DNA of 64,000 bases, taken from positions 352,001 to 416,000 of the forward strand of contig JAVZCZ010000001.1 in NCBI GenBank assembly GCA_038874135.1, read 5' to 3'. Shown piece by piece: positions 20,060 to 29,815 of the stretch. Position 1 is the stretch's first letter, and the number at the start of each line of letters is the position of its first letter. Under the pieces are notes generated by a model. It searched no databases, was not told the origin of the DNA, and saw only the letters and a program-made list of their open reading frames with translations. The translations under genes were made by a program, and so were the position numbers. The stretch is from Candidatus Woesearchaeota archaeon (lineage in GTDB: Archaea > Nanobdellota > Nanobdellia > Woesearchaeales > 0-14-0-80-44-23).

Positions 20060-20536
20060 ATGAACATTTCGGCAGCTGCAATAATCCTAAGCATGCTCCC
20101 AATATCAGAAGTGCGTGGAGGAATACCACTTGCAATATGCTCTGGAAGCGGCTGGCTGGAAGCATTTTTGATATGCACTGCGTTCAACATTCTAATAATC
20201 TTTCCACTATTCTTCTTTCTAGACTACCTAAATAACATCCTGCTCAAGATTAAATGGTACGAACACTTTTTTAATAGACAGCTGAATTCTGCCCGGAGAA
20301 AAGTTCAGCCTTCTGTAAAAAAATACGGATGGCTTGGGCTCATACTCTTTGTAGGAATACCGCTCCCGTTTACAGGAGCATATACAGGAACTTTAGCTGC
20401 CTGGGCACTTGGAATGGAGAGAAAAAAAGCTATACTCTCAATATCTCTCGGAGTCTTAATGGCTGGAGTTATCGTAACTATTGTAACCTTGTCTGGAATA
20501 AGCTGGTTGAGGTTTTTTATTAAAAATGTCTGCTGA
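20060..20536 (+). CDS. Small multi-drug export family membrane protein (COG2426-like)
   Basis: 'SMLPISEVRGGIP', 'LFVGIPLPFTGAYTG'. Confidence 0.9.
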   Translation: MNISAAAIILSMLPISEVRGGIPLAICSGSGWLEAFLICTAFNILIIFPLFFFLDYLNNILLKIKWYEHFFNRQLNSARRKVQPSVKKYGWLGLILFVGIPLPFTGAYTGTLAAWALGMERKKAILSISLGVLMAGVIVTIVTLSGISWLRFFIKNVC

Positions 20537-21074
20537 AAGATTTAGGAAGGAAAAAATGTTTCTGATTTTGGTATATGGAATAGTTTTTTTGCTCTCATTC
20601 TACATTGATTCATACGCTGAATCTGTTTTTAAGATTTTAAGAAGCCCCTTGCTTGACTTTTTGATGGCAGTTTTCTCATCTTACTTAATACTCGGGGCAG
20701 CAGTTCTCATATATCTCATACTTTTTTTCAGAAGAAAAGAGAGAAAAGCGGCTAATAGGATGCTAACAGGATTCTTATTAACATTTATAGCCAGTTTTTT
20801 AATCAAGATGCTAGTTGCCAGGGTCAGGCCTTCTGGAATAGCCTTTATTCCTCTTCTTAATATTCCCGACTTTTCATTTCCAAGTATGCACTCAGCACTC
20901 GCATTTTCAACCCTGCCTGTTGTTGAAAGGCACTTCAAAAAGATTAGAGGTTGGTGGATGCTCGGCTGCTTTTTGGTAATGATTAGCAGACTCTATTTCG
21001 GAGTTCATTATCTAAGCGATGTTGTTGGAGGAATGCTTTTAGGCCTTGTAGTTGGAAGCATTTTTTCAAAATGA
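20526..21074 (+). CDS. PAP2-family membrane phosphatase
   Basis: KxxxxRxRP, SFPSMH, SRLYFGVHYLSDV motifs. Confidence 0.93.
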   Translation: MSAERFRKEKMFLILVYGIVFLLSFYIDSYAESVFKILRSPLLDFLMAVFSSYLILGAAVLIYLILFFRRKERKAANRMLTGFLLTFIASFLIKMLVARVRPSGIAFIPLLNIPDFSFPSMHSALAFSTLPVVERHFKKIRGWWMLGCFLVMISRLYFGVHYLSDVVGGMLLGLVVGSIFSK

Positions 21075-21682
21075 AAGGGGTTAAAAGAATTTATGATGGA
21101 CTTGAAGCTCGGAGGCACATCTTTCACATACTTCTAGGAGTAGCCTTAATAATACTTATAAAGAAAGGAATTCTGAATGCGTGGAAGCTATTTTTGATTC
21201 TAAGTGTTGGCTTTGTTGTTTCAGTTTTGAGCAGGCGGTTTAAGATTCCAATAGTTTGGAATATGCTAATTACTTTTGAGAGGCCTGAGCAGCTGAAAAA
21301 AGGATTGCCTGGGAAGGGCGCAATTGCTTATTTTGGAGGAGTGCTTCTAGCATTTAAGCTATTCCCACTTGAGGTTGCGCTCGCTTCAATTGCAATTCTC
21401 GCGTTGGGAGATCCAGTGTCACACTTTGTTGGGCTTATGTTTGGCAGGATAAGGAATCCTCTGAGTCTTAAAAAGATGTTAGAAGGTAACATCGCAGGTG
21501 CTATCGCAGGAGGACTTCTAGCTTCAATTTTCGTAAGTTGGAAGTATGCATTTCCAGCTGCACTGGCTGCTCTTCTTATTGAAAGCGTAGAGATAAAGAT
21601 GAATGATAGGGTGGTAGATGATAATGTTGTAATCCCGCTTGCCGCCGGAGCTACTATCCTTATTTTGCGTACACTATTTTAG
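21071..21682 (+). CDS. Dolichol/phytol kinase-like CTP-dependent polyprenol kinase
   Basis: 'RRHIFH', 'LALGDPVS..VG..FG', 'KKMLEG', 'DDNVVIP'. Confidence 0.88.
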   Translation: MKGVKRIYDGLEARRHIFHILLGVALIILIKKGILNAWKLFLILSVGFVVSVLSRRFKIPIVWNMLITFERPEQLKKGLPGKGAIAYFGGVLLAFKLFPLEVALASIAILALGDPVSHFVGLMFGRIRNPLSLKKMLEGNIAGAIAGGLLASIFVSWKYAFPAALAALLIESVEIKMNDRVVDDNVVIPLAAGATILILRTLF

Positions 21683-21687
21683 AAAGT

Positions 21688-22797
21688 TCATATAAGATAA
21701 GCTCTTTCTTCTACAAGTACTATTTTGACATTTTTTTGAGAAAGCGCCTTCTCTGCTAGTTTTCTGTTTTTAACATTTTCAGGAGTAACTGCTTGGAAGG
21801 TAATAGGATTTAGAACTTGAAGTGAAGGGAATCTACGCACTACTTGGGCTTTAAACTGGGAAAGTGCTGAAAGATTAGAAGCGTACTCTTTTTTTAACAC
21901 AAGAATTGAGCCGTTCTCAACACTTTCCAGTCTCAGATTCTTACCTGTGGAAAGCACTCTATAAATTCCGCGTTTATTTTTTGATTTCACCTCAACTATG
22001 CTACCGACCTTAAAGTTTGGTGCGATTATCAAAGCAGTCATCCTGTATAAACGCCTTCCCGAACGATCCTGGCTGAATAATCTCTCGTTTATTTCAATTG
22101 GAGCACCAAACCTCAAAGCAGCTTCTCTTGCAACCTGCATTGCATAAGAGTTAAGTGTCAGCTTAAAATCAATACCGTTAGGAGAGGTCTCCTCTTTTGA
22201 TATGGTTAGCCCGTGCTTAGAATACCTCTTTGAAAGTTCCCTTATTGTAGATGCTATTTCCTCAAAAGCAGCCTTGCCCTCAGGAGTTTCATTGGGATGG
22301 TGTCTTAGCTGTATTGTTGCCTGAAAGTATCCTGGACGTCTGCCCTTACAAATGTTGCACGACTTGTAATGCATCCGTGCAGGTATCTCATATTCTTCTG
22401 AAAGGCGTAGGCCATGCGCTGATTTTGGAGTTGCTTCAACGCTTAATACTATGAATCCGTCAGAGTTTACTCCTTCTGCGCTGGAATGTTCTGGAAAGCT
22501 TTCTGATGCTTCAAAGCTGATGTCTTTATATTCCTGATTAAGTTTCAACCTTTTTAGGAGAAGGTGCTGTATTGCCTTCTCAACCTGGGTGTTGTGCCAG
22601 GCGTTTTCATAGAATATTCTTCCACATGAGGGACATTTTATTATCTCAATCTCTGGAAATGCTAACAGGATTGGATTCTCTCTCAGAAAGCATTCTGAGC
22701 AGAAAAAGCCTACTTCAGCAGCTCTTCCGCAGGAGATGCAACGCTGAATTTTCCCATCTTTAACTTCGCCCTGTTTTAAATTGTTAGACTGGTGCAT
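21688..22797 (-). CDS. nmd3: NMD3 family ribosome biogenesis protein
   Basis: CxxC repeats (CISCG, CSEC, CPSCG, CNIC) and 'GYFQATIQLR'. Confidence 0.85.
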   Translation of the reverse strand: MHQSNNLKQGEVKDGKIQRCISCGRAAEVGFFCSECFLRENPILLAFPEIEIIKCPSCGRIFYENAWHNTQVEKAIQHLLLKRLKLNQEYKDISFEASESFPEHSSAEGVNSDGFIVLSVEATPKSAHGLRLSEEYEIPARMHYKSCNICKGRRPGYFQATIQLRHHPNETPEGKAAFEEIASTIRELSKRYSKHGLTISKEETSPNGIDFKLTLNSYAMQVAREAALRFGAPIEINERLFSQDRSGRRLYRMTALIIAPNFKVGSIVEVKSKNKRGIYRVLSTGKNLRLESVENGSILVLKKEYASNLSALSQFKAQVVRRFPSLQVLNPITFQAVTPENVKNRKLAEKALSQKNVKIVLVEERAYLI

Positions 22798-23118
22798 AAT
22801 TGCTTAGATGTTAATCAGCATTAAAAACTTTGCTAACCAAGCTCAAAAAGTAGGTTTTTGTGATTGGTTTATGAATTTGTTACAAACCTTGGAAGGTCAA
22901 ACTGGCAGAACTTAACGAAAAATCTAAAAAAGAAACCAAAAACAAGCTTTTAAAATGCTTATTTATAAAAAATAAGTCATTTAAATCCTTATTTTAGTTT
23001 TTAAGATAAAACACAAGGTTTAAATATTTGTGAATAAATTTTTATAGAAAAGCGTATTCCAAAATAGGAAAAGATAAATATAAGCGCAATTTGCATGCTT
23101 TAAAGAGGAGGATAAAAA

Positions 23119-23538
23119 ATGGCAGGATTTCTCTCAAAGATTACATCAAAGATAAGAAGAAGTGACGACGATCTCTTTGAAGAAGCTGACAAAGAATATG
23201 TTGAGTTGAACACTCAAGCCCCTTCCGGAGAAGAGGCTGGAATAACAGTAAGGCCTTTCGTGCTAACTGATTTCAATGATGTGAAAGAGATAGTGGACAC
23301 TTTCAGAGAGGGAAACACTATAGCGATGATAAATATTGCGCCTCTAAAAGAAAAGGACATGATAGAACTTAAAAGGGCAATCAACAAGATAAAAAAGACA
23401 TGTGACGCCATTGAAGGAGACCTTGCAGGCATAGGGGAAAACTATCTTGTAGCAACCCCTAAGTTTGTAAAGATTTACAGAGGCCCAACGAGGAGTGTCC
23501 CTAAAAAGGAAAGTTCTGACGAAGAAGACTTAGAATAA
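23119..23538 (+). CDS. sepF: Cell division protein SepF
   Basis: 'FNDVKEIVDTFREGNTIAMINI..L...ELKRAINKIK...IEGDLAG...ATP'. Confidence 0.9.
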   Translation: MAGFLSKITSKIRRSDDDLFEEADKEYVELNTQAPSGEEAGITVRPFVLTDFNDVKEIVDTFREGNTIAMINIAPLKEKDMIELKRAINKIKKTCDAIEGDLAGIGENYLVATPKFVKIYRGPTRSVPKKESSDEEDLE

Positions 23539-23539
23539 A

Positions 23540-23941
23540 TTATCTGTTTTTTATATTCTCATCAATTTCTTTGGCTACCTTTCTAAGGTCAGAAAGCATT
23601 CTCTCAAAGTCAAACTGTATCTCATTCAGAAGTTCAGAAAGAGTTCCTGCTCTTAAGCGGTATCTCTTTTTTTCAGAAACAACAAGGCCTGCCTTTATAA
23701 GCTTGTTAAGATGATGTACAACTGCACTTCTGGATAGCCCAAGCCGGTATGCCAGCTCGTCACTGCTTACCTCCCTATCAGGGAATTTTAAGAGCTCCAC
23801 AAAAAGGCGATAGCACGACCTGTCCTTATCTCTCTCATTAAATAATCCGAGTGAGTTTCCCAACCATTGTATCTTAGAATTTAGGTCTTCCAGATTGCTC
23901 TTCCTCAGCTGAATTATGGTTATCCGCTTTTCCATAATCAT
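23540..23941 (-). CDS. ArsR-like winged-helix regulator
   Basis: 'VSSDELAYRLGLSRSAVVHHLNKLIKAGLV'. Confidence 0.85.
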   Translation of the reverse strand: MIMEKRITIIQLRKSNLEDLNSKIQWLGNSLGLFNERDKDRSCYRLFVELLKFPDREVSSDELAYRLGLSRSAVVHHLNKLIKAGLVVSEKKRYRLRAGTLSELLNEIQFDFERMLSDLRKVAKEIDENIKNR

Positions 23942-24025
23942 ATTCTTCCTATTATGAATTGCTCCTTAAAAATCTTTCCCAAAAGATTAAAAACTTTAAG
24001 AGATTTGCTCAGCACTTATGAGGGG

Positions 24026-25015
24026 ATGAATTTGGTGGATAATATTCAGAAAAAGTTTTCAGTAGCTGAACTAAAAGACGGTATGATTGTGGATGATATA
24101 TTCTTTGTAAAATTTAAAAAGGGAATCTCACCCTATCAGAAAGGGTACGCCTTTGAATTAATGCTCTCTGATTCCAGCGGCAAGAACATAGAATACAGGT
24201 ACTGGGGCGGCCCGGATGAATCTCAGGTCAGAGCACTTTACGATTCAATACTTCCTGATTCTGTAGTAAGGGTGCAAGGCAGAGTCTCAACCTATAAGGA
24301 AAAGCTTCAGCTGGTGACCAATGAACCGATGACAATAAGCGTGCTTAAGCCTGGACAGTATGACCCGTCAATCTTTATAAAACATTCTCAGAAAGATATT
24401 GAAGGGATGAAGAGAAGGCTGTTTGAACTCATAAGCTATGTGAAGAATGAAGAGATAAAACGCCTTCTCAGAGGAATATTTGAAGATGAGGATTTCATGA
24501 AAAGGTTCAGTGAGCATCCCGGAGCTATAGAAATACATCACAACTGGATAGGCGGACTTTTAGAACACACATTAGAAGTCGCTGAGATTTGCCTAAAGCT
24601 GAGAGATCTCTATCCTGAGCTGGACCTAGACCTGCTGATTGCAGGCTCACTGCTTCACGATATTGGAAAACTTGAAGAGATAGAAGTCACCTCAAGGATA
24701 AGAGGAACTGTTAAGGGGCAGCTTTACGGCCACATAACTCTCGGCACTATACTTCTGGAGAAGAAGTGCCGGGAGTTTAATGTCTCAGAAGCTGCTCAGC
24801 TGAAGCTTATCCACATCATAATCAGCCATCATGGAAAGAATGATTATGGCTCTCCTAAGGAGCCCATGTTTCCAGAAGCAGCTGCTGTGTATTACGCTGA
24901 TGAGATTAGCTCTAAGATTTCAGAGATGATAAACTTTGTAAGAGATGCTAAGGAAGACACCGAAGATGAGTTCATGTTTCACAAGAGAAGCCAGAAGAAC
25001 ATATTTTTGAGATGA
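24026..25015 (+). CDS. yhaM: OB-fold/HD-domain 3'-5' exoribonuclease (YhaM/Cbf1 family)
   Basis: 'HHNWIGGLLEHT', 'LLHDIGK', 'GHI', 'SHHG..YGSP..P..PEA'. Confidence 0.9.
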   Translation: MNLVDNIQKKFSVAELKDGMIVDDIFFVKFKKGISPYQKGYAFELMLSDSSGKNIEYRYWGGPDESQVRALYDSILPDSVVRVQGRVSTYKEKLQLVTNEPMTISVLKPGQYDPSIFIKHSQKDIEGMKRRLFELISYVKNEEIKRLLRGIFEDEDFMKRFSEHPGAIEIHHNWIGGLLEHTLEVAEICLKLRDLYPELDLDLLIAGSLLHDIGKLEEIEVTSRIRGTVKGQLYGHITLGTILLEKKCREFNVSEAAQLKLIHIIISHHGKNDYGSPKEPMFPEAAAVYYADEISSKISEMINFVRDAKEDTEDEFMFHKRSQKNIFLR

Positions 25016-25960
25016 CTACTTCAGCATTGCTTGCAGGATTGTCTCAATAGCGTCCTTCTTGGAAAGGCCGTGCGCCATGAGGGTGTCCAGCTGCTTCCTA
25101 TCCACAGAGCCGATAGCAGCTTCGTGAGTTACCCTAGCTGTTTCGTCTGAAACTGAGACTATTGGAGTTGCAGTTGCCTTCGCGTTTCCTGAAACTATCT
25201 CTATGCAGTCTACATGCCCCCTGACATTGGGAGCATTCCCCTCAGTCACATTATAAACATCGCTTACAGCCCGGTCCCTAAGGCCAACTCTTGTCTTTAT
25301 AAGGCTTTTAGCATTCCTACCCAACAATATTGCTTCCTCTCTTATGCGTATCTTATCATCTTCATAGCCCAGCGACTTTGCTTCCATTTCAACTGTGCTG
25401 TTAGCTCCAGCTTCAGTCCGGTAATTTATATCAAGAACGCCAACTCTCCCTTTTGTGAGGGAGAATAAAGTCTTGTAAGATGCACCGTCTCCAACCTTAA
25501 CAAGTATGTTAGGTCTTACAATTATTCCGCCTGTGTTTCCGTGGAAATGAGTTTCATTATATGTTAGAGAAGCTCCTTTTTTTACTATGAATCTGCCATT
25601 CATAAGGTGTTTTACTCTGAGCGCATTCGGAAATGTGCAGTGTGCAAGTATCTCAGCTGATGAGCCCTCTTCCAATACGACTTCAACATTTACCTTCTGA
25701 ACGCCGCTCTTCGGAATTATTCCAAAGCAGAAGTGTATGGGATTCTGAAGCTTTACCCCCTTCTTAACTCTCATTTTAAGTGTAACGCCGTCAGGATCTT
25801 CTATGCCTTTAAGCACTATTCCGCGTATCTGATTTTTTCCCAGAATTTTGTTCTCTTTAACTAAGAGAAAAGCCACTTCCGGATTTTTTAGGAATGAAGG
25901 CTTGCCTCCTGCTTTTTTATACGCCTCCAAAAGAAGCTGAAAATCATTGCTGTAATCCAT
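25016..25960 (-). CDS. sufB: SufB/D-like Fe-S scaffold (SmsB of the minimal SUF system)
   Basis: 'PIHFCFG', 'AHCTFPNA', 'RGHVDC.EIV', 'VTHEAAIGSVD'. Confidence 0.92.
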   Translation of the reverse strand: MDYSNDFQLLLEAYKKAGGKPSFLKNPEVAFLLVKENKILGKNQIRGIVLKGIEDPDGVTLKMRVKKGVKLQNPIHFCFGIIPKSGVQKVNVEVVLEEGSSAEILAHCTFPNALRVKHLMNGRFIVKKGASLTYNETHFHGNTGGIIVRPNILVKVGDGASYKTLFSLTKGRVGVLDINYRTEAGANSTVEMEAKSLGYEDDKIRIREEAILLGRNAKSLIKTRVGLRDRAVSDVYNVTEGNAPNVRGHVDCIEIVSGNAKATATPIVSVSDETARVTHEAAIGSVDRKQLDTLMAHGLSKKDAIETILQAMLK

Positions 25961-26693
25961 TTTTATCCCTCTCAAAACTCTTCTTGTCAGCATCCTCTAC
26001 AGTGCAGGCAGCACACTCCTTTCTAAAATATTCTGAAACTGCCGAACTGTCTCCACTCTTCACTATTTTGCCCGCACAGATAAGCAGAGCCCTGTCAGCA
26101 TGCTTCGCAACCTCTTCCCTGTGAGTTATCAAGACTACTGAAGAGCCCTCCTCCCTCATCTTTTTAAGCACGCGAACCAGATCTTTCAATGATGCAAAAT
26201 CTATGCCCGAATCTGGCTCATCTAGAATTACCAGCTTGGGCTTTAGAGCCAGCATAGATGCTAGCTCTATCCTCTTCCTCTCTCCACCGCTAAGAGTGTG
26301 ATCTATTACTCTATCAAGGTATTCCTCAGGCCTCATTCCAACATGTGAAAGCGCCTCTTCAGGGCTTAGCTTGGCATTTATTGACAAGTACTCCCTGACT
26401 GTTAAGCCCTCAAACCTAGCCGGCTCCTGCCATGCCATGGATATTCCAAGCCTGCTGCGCTGCGATATTGAAAGTTTAGATATCTCTTTTCCATTAAAGA
26501 ATATCCTTCCAGAATCCTGCTTCTTTATACCCATTATTATGGAAGCAATAGTTGACTTTCCAGAGCCGTTTGGCCCTACTATGGAAAGCAATTCTCCCTT
26601 ATTCACACTGAAAGATATTCCTTTTAGTATCTCATTTTTGTCCCTCTCAAACCTGACATCTTCAACTCTAAGCAGTTCTCTAGAAGGTGACAT
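25944..26693 (-). CDS. sufC: SufC-like ABC ATPase (SmsC)
   Basis: GPNGSGKS, LSGGERKR, ILDEPDSG; C-terminal Cys motif C...CAAC. Confidence 0.9.
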   Translation of the reverse strand: MSPSRELLRVEDVRFERDKNEILKGISFSVNKGELLSIVGPNGSGKSTIASIIMGIKKQDSGRIFFNGKEISKLSISQRSRLGISMAWQEPARFEGLTVREYLSINAKLSPEEALSHVGMRPEEYLDRVIDHTLSGGERKRIELASMLALKPKLVILDEPDSGIDFASLKDLVRVLKKMREEGSSVVLITHREEVAKHADRALLICAGKIVKSGDSSAVSEYFRKECAACTVEDADKKSFERDKNGLQQ

Positions 26694-26694
26694 T

Positions 26695-27000
26695 TTAGAA
26701 CAATCCCTCCCTCCGCACTGCTGAGCAAACTGCGCAGAACTCCTCTGACAGCATTTCCGAGTCGGAAAGATTAGCCATTTTGAGAGCAGCTTTTTTTAGC
26801 AGTTTAATCTCTTGGGGTGTAAAAATAACCTTTGAACCCCTCTTGTTCTTTAGATATTGCGAGATTGCCGCTTCAGTTATTCCAAGCTTTTCAGAAGCCT
26901 CTCTCCGTGAGATTTTGAGCTCTTCTACCATTATCCTAGCAAGCTCCCTTCTTATTGCAGGAAGTGTCTTCCATATAACCTCTTCGCATGGAACAACCAT
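26695..27000 (-). CDS. Cys-containing HTH transcriptional regulator
   Basis: 'PCE....LPAIRRELA', HTH 'REASEKLGITEAAISQYLKNKRG', C-terminal CAVC. Confidence 0.88.
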   Translation of the reverse strand: MVVPCEEVIWKTLPAIRRELARIMVEELKISRREASEKLGITEAAISQYLKNKRGSKVIFTPQEIKLLKKAALKMANLSDSEMLSEEFCAVCSAVRREGLF

Positions 27001-27006
27001 AAATAA

Positions 27007-27020
27007 TTAACAATTGTTAA
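27007..27020. promoter_or_regulatory. Perfect 14-bp palindrome, candidate operator of the regulator-sufC-sufB operon
   Basis: TTAACAATTGTTAA between the TATA-like TTTATATA and the ATG at 27000. Confidence 0.65.
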
Positions 27021-27112
27021 GTATTATATAAATCTTTCTAAAATGTTAAGCAAAAATAAAAATTAAATATTTTTCATTAAAAAGGTTTAAAAAGTTACAC
27101 ACAAATGCAGAT

Positions 27113-28078
27113 TTGATGGAATACATATTTTCAAGCTGTATAGGAAGCTTCGCCCTGGACAAGAACCTTAAAACTTTAAAGTTCCTCGGAAGCGATAATC
27201 CCGTAGAAAATCATTTAAAAATCTTAGGGGGAATGCTAACTAAAGAAGATGAAGCACTATTAAAAGAATATCCTGAAGCAAAAGTGCTCAGAACAATTGG
27301 CAGTGAAGACGGAAAAATTGTAAAGGCAAGTCCTGAAATTTTGAGAAGTATACTCCTAGAATTGTCTTCGCAGAACTATTTAAGAATGTTGAGAGATGCA
27401 AACCTAAGAATATGTGGAAAAAGCCTTTCTGAAAGTGTATCACCCGACATTCTGATAATACAGCAGGCAGATGCCATTTCAGAGCTATCCAAAACTGCCA
27501 ACCTGCTTTCCAGGCGTCTAAGAGAGTGGTACGAACTCTACAACCCCGAGGTGTCTAGACGGATTCAGGACCATGAAAGGTTCGTGGAAATGGTGTGCAG
27601 CTCAAAAAAAGAGGAGCTGCTCAAAGAGATGGGTATTGAAAAAGAGCAATCCATAGGAAGCGACTTAAATGAAAGACAACTATCCTCATTAATGTCCCTG
27701 GCAGAACATGTTAAAAACATATTTAGAGAGATAAAAAAGCAAGAAAGCTTATTAGAAGCGGAAATGAGAGAAAACTATCCTAAGCTGTATGAGGCTGTTG
27801 GGCCAAGCATAGGAGCAAAACTAATAGCCCTTGCTGGCGGAATTCGCAACCTTGCTGAGATGCCCTCATCAAAGATACAGGTCTTAGGTGCAGAGAAAGC
27901 ACTTTTCAGACACTTAAAAACGGGATCCAGGCCTCCAAAGTATGGAGTCATATGCCAGCATCAGAGTGTTATGAACGCTTCGGAGAGGGATAAAGGAAAA
28001 GCTGCGAGGAAGCTTGCTGCAAAGGCGAGTATAGCAGCCAAAATAGACTATTTCAGGAAGGTGCAAAATGCAGATTAG
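27113..28078 (+). CDS. nop5: Nop5/Nop56 C/D-box sRNP protein
   Basis: 'RLREWYELYNPE', 'LAEMPSSKIQVLGAEKALFRHL...PPKYG'. Confidence 0.95.
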   Translation: MMEYIFSSCIGSFALDKNLKTLKFLGSDNPVENHLKILGGMLTKEDEALLKEYPEAKVLRTIGSEDGKIVKASPEILRSILLELSSQNYLRMLRDANLRICGKSLSESVSPDILIIQQADAISELSKTANLLSRRLREWYELYNPEVSRRIQDHERFVEMVCSSKKEELLKEMGIEKEQSIGSDLNERQLSSLMSLAEHVKNIFREIKKQESLLEAEMRENYPKLYEAVGPSIGAKLIALAGGIRNLAEMPSSKIQVLGAEKALFRHLKTGSRPPKYGVICQHQSVMNASERDKGKAARKLAAKASIAAKIDYFRKVQNAD

Positions 28079-28745
28079 AAAATCAAAATTTTACGGGGTT
28101 TTTGAATCGGATGAGAAGAAACGCAGAATCTTCACACAGAATCTAAACCCGGGCGTTCAAGTCTATGGGGAGCAGATAGTGCTTAGCGGCGGTTATGAGT
28201 TTAGAGAGTGGAATCCTATGCGGAGCAAGCTGGCTGCTTTTATAATGAGAGGTGCTAATCAGATTGCTGTGAAGCCTGGAAGTAAAGTTCTCTACCTGGG
28301 AGCTGCTTCTGGAACAACAGTTAGCCATGTTTCTGATATTGTAGGAGAGGAAGGTTTCATATTTGCAGTTGACTTCGCACCGAGAGTTGTCAGGGACTTG
28401 TTCTTCCTTGCTAGAGAAAGGCACAACATCGCTCCGATTTTAGCAGACGCAAACATGCCTGAATCGTATGCTCATTTGATTAGCAGTGTGGACTTCATTT
28501 ATCAAGATGTTGCACAGCCAAACCAGGTTGAGATATTTCTTAAGAATGCAGAACTATTCCTCAGAGATGGCGGTTTTGCCATGATAGCAATAAAGGCGAG
28601 GAGCATAGATGTGACCAAGCAGCCTAAAATAATCTTTGAAAATGCCAAGAAGATTATTTCAAAGAAGCTATTAATAGTTGATTTCAGAGAGCTGGATCCG
28701 TACGAGAGGGATCACTGCATAATCCTTTGTAAGAAAAAAAGGTGA
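28068..28745 (+). CDS. flpA: Fibrillarin-like rRNA/tRNA 2'-O-methyltransferase
   Basis: 'REWNPMRSKLAA', 'VLYLGAASGTTVSHVSD', 'YQDVAQPNQ'. Confidence 0.97.
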   Translation: MQIRKSKFYGVFESDEKKRRIFTQNLNPGVQVYGEQIVLSGGYEFREWNPMRSKLAAFIMRGANQIAVKPGSKVLYLGAASGTTVSHVSDIVGEEGFIFAVDFAPRVVRDLFFLARERHNIAPILADANMPESYAHLISSVDFIYQDVAQPNQVEIFLKNAELFLRDGGFAMIAIKARSIDVTKQPKIIFENAKKIISKKLLIVDFRELDPYERDHCIILCKKKR

Positions 28746-29500
28746 GTAGTATGATGTCGTGGATTATGATTGGATTTATTTTGTTTTTTGTGTTACTAAT
28801 TGCTCTAGCAGTTTTGTTAAAGATCACAAAAGTCGTTTTCAAAATATTATTAGTTCTTTCTACTCTAACATTACTACTTGTTGTAGGTTTTGGAATACTA
28901 ATCTTCAACGACTTTAAAGAATTCTCTAAAAATGCTTACGACTCGGTATATTACTTAAGCAGGGGAAACCATTCTCTCATAGCGGGCTTTTCAATTAATC
29001 CGAACACCAAGCAGGTGGCCCATGTTGAGAATGATGAATTAAAACGGCTTAGCGTAGATTATAAGAATAAGAACTATTCAGCAATCCTCAGGGGGCATTA
29101 TAAGATTTTCATAGTTGATGCTGACTTTCTAGCAGGGATAAATAAAAGTGTAAAGTTGTTTGAAGAGCAAGCGAGCTTTTCAGACATGATAAGCTGCACA
29201 GAGCTAGAAGAGGATAATGAGTTAAAGAGTTGCATCTCAAAATTTATTAATAAAGAGGAAGCAGAATTGATTATGAAAGAGAATATGGAAATTAGAGATA
29301 TACTATTTGAAGCTGTAATGTCTGAAGTGTTATCTAAGTATCCATACCTTATGATAGAAGGGATAAGCTCGCATAAGATAAAAGTTTATCCGGAAACTCC
29401 TATGTTTATCGCAATGAAAATGGTGCCAACTTCTCTATTGAGGCAGGTTATTTCAAAAAATTTAAAAGCTGAAGCTCAAACATTTATTAAAAAAACCTGA
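28742..29500 (+). CDS. Hypothetical membrane protein
   Basis: Two N-terminal TM helices followed by a soluble domain. Confidence 0.7.
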   Translation: MSSMMSWIMIGFILFFVLLIALAVLLKITKVVFKILLVLSTLTLLLVVGFGILIFNDFKEFSKNAYDSVYYLSRGNHSLIAGFSINPNTKQVAHVENDELKRLSVDYKNKNYSAILRGHYKIFIVDADFLAGINKSVKLFEEQASFSDMISCTELEEDNELKSCISKFINKEEAELIMKENMEIRDILFEAVMSEVLSKYPYLMIEGISSHKIKVYPETPMFIAMKMVPTSLLRQVISKNLKAEAQTFIKKT

Positions 29501-29547
29501 ACTGGTAAATGGACTGATAAAAATTGATTAAAAAAGTAAAAAGCGAA

Positions 29548-29766
29548 ATGGAAAAAGATTCTGAGATCAACGAAAATTCCTCACTAGCTGAAGTGCTACA
29601 AATTCCGGGAGCAGACGAAGTGCTTCACAAATACAGCCTCCCCTGCATGGGCTGCCCACTGATTGGCTTTGAGATTGGAATGCTAAAACTTGGAGAAGTG
29701 TGTAGAACATACGGAATTGATGAAAAGAAGGTAATAAGCGAAATAAGAAACCTAAAAAAGAAATAA
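29548..29766 (+). CDS. DUF1858-like small Cys protein
   Basis: 'L.EVL..PGA.EVL..Y.LPCMGCP....L...C..YGID'. Confidence 0.8.
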   Translation: MEKDSEINENSSLAEVLQIPGADEVLHKYSLPCMGCPLIGFEIGMLKLGEVCRTYGIDEKKVISEIRNLKKK

Positions 29767-29815
29767 AAAGGTATTTCTAGGAAATTTTTTAAATTGGAAA
29801 AAATCTAAACTTCAA

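Noticed and set aside
22798-23118. ncRNA in the 320-bp nmd3-sepF intergenic region
   Set aside because: AT-rich with several TATA-like boxes for divergent promoters; no convincing stems or C/D boxes.
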